64,000 nucleotides of DNA from positions 1,116,001 through 1,180,000 of the forward strand of contig OZ361259.1 in assembly GCA_977018835.1 (NCBI GenBank), given 5' to 3'. The DNA comes from Minutocellus sp. GHC0000111 (lineage: Eukaryota). Position numbers and translations under genes: made by a program. Shown here one piece after another: positions 59,814-64,000 of this stretch (the first letter of the stretch is position 1; each line of letters begins with the position of its first letter). The notes below the pieces were generated by a model. The model ran no database searches and was not told where the DNA came from. It saw only the letters and a program-made list of their open reading frames with translations.

Positions 59814-61861
59814 ATGGACCCCGACGGTGATTACGAGAGCGGCCACAGCACCCGATTGATCGGCGACATTCTACCAAAAGACGCCAAGCCGGACAACGTC
59901 GATGAGGAGTGCAACAAGAAATGTGGTGAGGATGGATTTTATGAATCCAAGGGCAACGACGAGGAGATGGGCCTCAAGCCAAGTCCGAAAGCCAACACAT
60001 CCAAGGTACTTCTGTTCGACGAAAATGAGGGCAGTATCGACCTGAAAGCGTCAGCCCCACCGGCAGTCGATCTGGGCTGCCTAGCCTCGGCGCCACCGCT
60101 CGAGCCATCACTGCATCCATCGCCAGAGGACGATGCAACTGCTCCTACCACCCCCGAAAGCAGCTACCCTCCCGAGCCGCCTGGCTTCAAGGACGAACCC
60201 ATCGAGAGAGGCGGCAGTATCCCTGATAGCGTTGCGCTGCCAATTGGCTTGGACAACGCTGATCGTGCTCTACCTATAGCATCGGTGGTTCCCATCATCA
60301 CAGACGCGACGGGTGCTGAAATTGCAACTCCTCCAACCCAGCCGACGATGTCTTCTTCAACAAGTAATCATAATGATTCTGCAAATGCTCCACCTCAGGA
60401 ACAGTCTACTAGTCCCACCAACTACACCGCCGATCGAGCTCCCTCTCGCCGCGTCCTGCCGTATTTCCGCCCAGTGCCGACTCACCCAGCTCATGACGAG
60501 CGAGAGAAGAAAGGTAGTCAAGGCTGGAAGTGCACGCCGTGCAAAAAAGCTTTATGCCTTGCTGTCATAATCATAGTCGCAGTGGTTGCTGTCGGCCTAA
60601 CAATCGCCCACAAGCCAAAAGAAGCCGAGCCCTCCTTTGCGTCACTTTATCCAAACTGCCATGTGCTTCATAAGGAGTGGATTGGGGATGATGAATGCAA
60701 TGGTGGAAATTACAACAAACGCGGTTGTGGGTGGGACGGAGGCGACTGTATAAAACAGGACTGGCCTAACTGCCATGCCAATACTCCAGAAGCGTTTCGT
60801 GGACTTGGAAATGGGAAGTGCAATGCCGCGTTCGATGTGATCGAATGTGGTTTCGATTTAGGAGACTGTAAGCCCAATTGGAGCAAAGACGATGTTGAAA
60901 AACTGAAAGAAATAATGAAAACCTATCCTGGATGCTACTTTGATGGCATGGTCATGGGCTGGTTTGGTGATGGAGTTTGCGATGGTGGATTGTACGATCG
61001 CGAAGTTTGTGGCCACGATGGAGGCGACTGCATCGTTCAAGGCTACCCTGACTGTCAAGTCGACGACCCACCCTATATTGGCGACGATGAATGCGACGGA
61101 GGGCAATACAACACCGAGGAGTGTGGCTGGGATGGCGGTGATTGCGTAGACTTCAATCGGCAGTATCCCAACTGCGAAGTTGAAACTCCCTATTATCTTG
61201 CAGACGAATTTTGTCACGGTGGTCGGTACAACACCGAGGAGTGTGGTTGGGACGGAGGCGACTGCGTTGAGGGCTACCCCAATTGTCAAGTTACGGACCC
61301 AAATAAAGTTGGCGACGGAAGCTGTGACGGCGGAGAGTACAACACCGAAGAGTGCGGCTGGGACGGAGGTGACTGCCTGATTGCCGAGTGGCCCAACTGC
61401 CACATTGACAACCCAGGTGGTCTGGGCAATGGCCTATGTAACAAAGGATCCAAGGCCGACGTCGTGGAGTGTGGGTTTGATGGGGGAGACTGTACAAATT
61501 TAGGCATTGACGACATAAAGGAACTGCTGAGAAGATATCCCAATTGTCACCCCGACAATGCGCATGCGGCCGAAATGAACGATGGCTACTGTTTGAACAG
61601 CAATGATAATGCCGAGTGCGGCTGGGATGGGGAGACTGTCTCTTCGAAAGGAAAAACAACAAGTGCAATGGATCAGTCCGCTCCACATGGTCCAACAAAA
61701 GTCGCGCCTGGTGCCAGAACAAATGCCTTGACGAAGGCAGCAGCTGCAAAGCTTACGATATAGGCGCCTACTCGGAGGGTGAAACGGGAAGGTGCAGGAT
61801 CTTCAGCAGGTACTCTTCCAGTTCTTATAAATACGATTCCAAATGTTACAAGAAGAAGTAG
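59814..61861 (+). CDS. Type II membrane protein with about 8-9 LNR repeats and a PAN/apple-like C-terminus; frameshift at the G run near 61630
   Basis: Repeated YPNC...GDG.CDGG.YNTEECGWDGGDC. The last GWDGGDC is broken, and the frame continues as GDCLFERKNNKC...CQNKC...CKAYD...CRIF. Confidence 0.8.
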
Positions 61862-62056
61862 ACGGTGATCGAGGGCGGTGAGACCAAGATTGAGAGAAAA
61901 TTATTTCTAGTACACGCGGAATGTCCGATTGCACAAAGCAAGAATAAAATAAATAAATCCTATCCGAAAGAGAAAAGATCGCCAAACAGCACTCACACTT
62001 TTTGCATTGAATGAAAATTTCAGTTTGCCCGCTGAAATAAAGGACTCTCAAACAAA

Positions 62057-62806
62057 CTAAGCATTCGGATCCATAACGTTGCCCTCCTTGTCGTACAATA
62101 TCGGTACCAGTCGTTCCTGATCAACATCCAACGTGGCGCCCAGCACCTTGAGCACAGCATCATGATGCACATAAAGTTTCGGCAGACCATCCTCCAAGGC
62201 ATCTGCCGGTGGTTTTGGCGTTTCGCCATCCTCCATCACTTCCAGCGATACTGCCTCGTCATTTGGATGGAGGGCCGAAGCTCGAAGAAACGAAAATCCA
62301 AATACCATCCGAGGCTCACCCGTCGTGGATTGGCTGTAGGTCAGCTGGATGCCAATGATTGCATCGTCCGATTTATTTCCGTCTTCATTGCTCTGGTTTG
62401 AGGTAACATTCTCCAACAATGACTTGAAGAAGGTTCGAGCCTTGGGAGTCAATGCAACCGCGGCCTTTCGTGGTATGAACTTTCGTCTGCGATTGCTTCG
62501 ACGTGTCTTGCCTTGACTGCTTGATGGGTTGTCTCCAATCCCACCGCTGAATGGCGACGATAGGAGTGAGGCAGATGCGGAATAACGACGAACTGGTCTG
62601 GAATTGTACTGCCGACGTTGGGCAAACGTCGAGCAAGAGACCGATGGTGCAGATGCCGAGGCCGACGAAGAATGAGGGCAGAGCAACTCGTGCCGGCAAG
62701 AGACTGCCCTGGCCGCAGCAGCTGGCAAATGTCCGGCTGATCTAGCCACGGCCAATGGCATCAGCTGACGTCCAACTGCATGTCTTGATCGAATCATCAT
62801 CAACAC
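62057..62806 (-). CDS. Mitochondrion-targeted HesB/IscA-fold-like hypothetical protein (start uncertain)
   Basis: Arg/Ser-rich presequence; AVALTPKA...GIQL...F.FSF...DE.V...KLYV...VLKVLGATLD. Confidence 0.55.
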   Translation of the reverse strand: MLMMIRSRHAVGRQLMPLAVARSAGHLPAAAARAVSCRHELLCPHSSSASASAPSVSCSTFAQRRQYNSRPVRRYSASASLLSSPFSGGIGDNPSSSQGKTRRSNRRRKFIPRKAAVALTPKARTFFKSLLENVTSNQSNEDGNKSDDAIIGIQLTYSQSTTGEPRMVFGFSFLRASALHPNDEAVSLEVMEDGETPKPPADALEDGLPKLYVHHDAVLKVLGATLDVDQERLVPILYDKEGNVMDPNA

Positions 62807-63496
62807 AGTATCGATCGGGCAGGAGCGAACGGCACCGGCGGTATCGGTACCGAGGAATGAGGCAGGTTGTTGCCACTGGCTGCTGCTGCAGGGCCGCCAT
62901 GGCCAGGCTCATTTTTGTCGCGATGGAAAGACCTGATGATGGAGAGTGGATCGAGATGGAAGCAACGGTCGAAGCAAAGCGCCAGAAGTCACACATCAAC
63001 GGCACGGAACCATGACGACGATGGTCGTTGGTGGCAGCACTGCTGTGGCGGCACCCTTTCTTCTCTCCGGGACCGGCAAACGCAGGTCGTGAGGTCATAT
63101 CGACCCACGATTTGAGCTCAAGACTGCAAATGACGCAACAATGCCATGACGCGGCAAGGCGGAATTGGTCGAAGGAGCCAAAGCAGCGTTCCTCTGTGCC
63201 ATTCGACGGTTTGCCACAATCAGCTGTTGAAGGATATCTCTGATGGGATGTGGTATTTGGCTTTCTTTCGGTTATTGGTACCCCAAAATTATCATGTTTG
63301 CATGTTGTTGCAATTAGCAAATTTCGCAAAATCGCAGCTTGAAAACATTATGGCTTGAAAAATATTTTTCAGTTTTTCGCCGTTTTGCATTGCAGTTTGG
63401 ATTTTTTTCGTCGTTGGCTCTCATTTTTCCAGTCCTGCTCGACAACTCAACCAGAGAAGAGAGAAACGAGCCGATAGAGAAGAACCCACCCAAACG

Positions 63497-64000
63497 ATGG
63501 AAGAGCCTGCTCAAGAGAACCAGGCCGTTGCTGCTGCTGGTGGCGTTGCGGTAGCGGCGGCTGGTGCTGCTGCTGGCGGCGGTGACGATGCCGTCAATGT
63601 AGCGGCGGCTGGAGCAAATCAAGAAGGCAATGACGGCAGTAATATCGAGGCCTCGGCGGAGAATTCAAACGGCAACCAGAACGGTGAGGAGGCGATGGAC
63701 GTCGATACAGCAGCTACTGCCGCTACTGCGGCTCCGTCCTCTCGCTATTCCCTCCGCAAGAGGAAGCCGCTACTGGCAGTCCAAGGCAGCAATTCGACTT
63801 CAGTTGCTGGCGGCGGGAATTCCAGCTCCAATTCAAATTCCAGCTCAGCCGTGCCAGATGCCGACCCCTTTGGCTACGTCAACACGGCCGCCCTCACCGA
63901 CCGGCAATTCGAAAAGATGCTGGCCAAATACGAGGAGGACGGCGTCCGCGAACGAGCTCAGAAGAAGCTGCGGCTCGAGAGAGGATACGGCGATGACGAC
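63497..64000 (+). CDS. Partial hypothetical protein (low-complexity N-terminus, NLS-like RYSLRKRKP), runs off the window
   Basis: Frame open from the ATG at 63497 to the window end. Confidence 0.6.
   Translation, partial: MEEPAQENQAVAAAGGVAVAAAGAAAGGGDDAVNVAAAGANQEGNDGSNIEASAENSNGNQNGEEAMDVDTAATAATAAPSSRYSLRKRKPLLAVQGSNSTSVAGGGNSSSNSNSSSAVPDADPFGYVNTAALTDRQFEKMLAKYEEDGVRERAQKKLRLERGYGDDD

Noticed and set aside
1..64000. tRNA or rRNA genes
   Set aside because: None recognised by eye. A covariance-model scan would be needed to exclude them.

Overview
Eukaryotic, gene-dense DNA, most likely from a diatom (short GT-AG introns, signal peptides followed by ASAF-type plastid-targeting motifs, diatom-like gene families). 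The most interesting system is a head-to-head pair at 30590-34275: an ArsJ-associated (Gap3-type) GAPDH and an ArsJ-family MFS exporter. Each has one spliceosomal intron and an intact reading frame, and they share a 497-bp spacer. This matches the bacterial gapdh-arsJ arsenate-detoxification module (1-arseno-3-phosphoglycerate efflux), here in eukaryotic form and with a Cys-rich loop insertion in ArsJ. The pair lies inside a recent tandem segmental duplication of about 28 kb (1-22803 matches 33376-51372). The two copies are joined by about 580 bp of filler DNA, and the first copy also holds a 2.4-kb triplication carrying an RlmJ-like methyltransferase gene. Many neighbouring genes (HDAC, RlmJ-like, SDR, UDP-sugar pyrophosphorylase, two LNR proteins) carry frameshifts or nonsense codons. 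Family assignments come from motifs recognised by eye; no searches were run.
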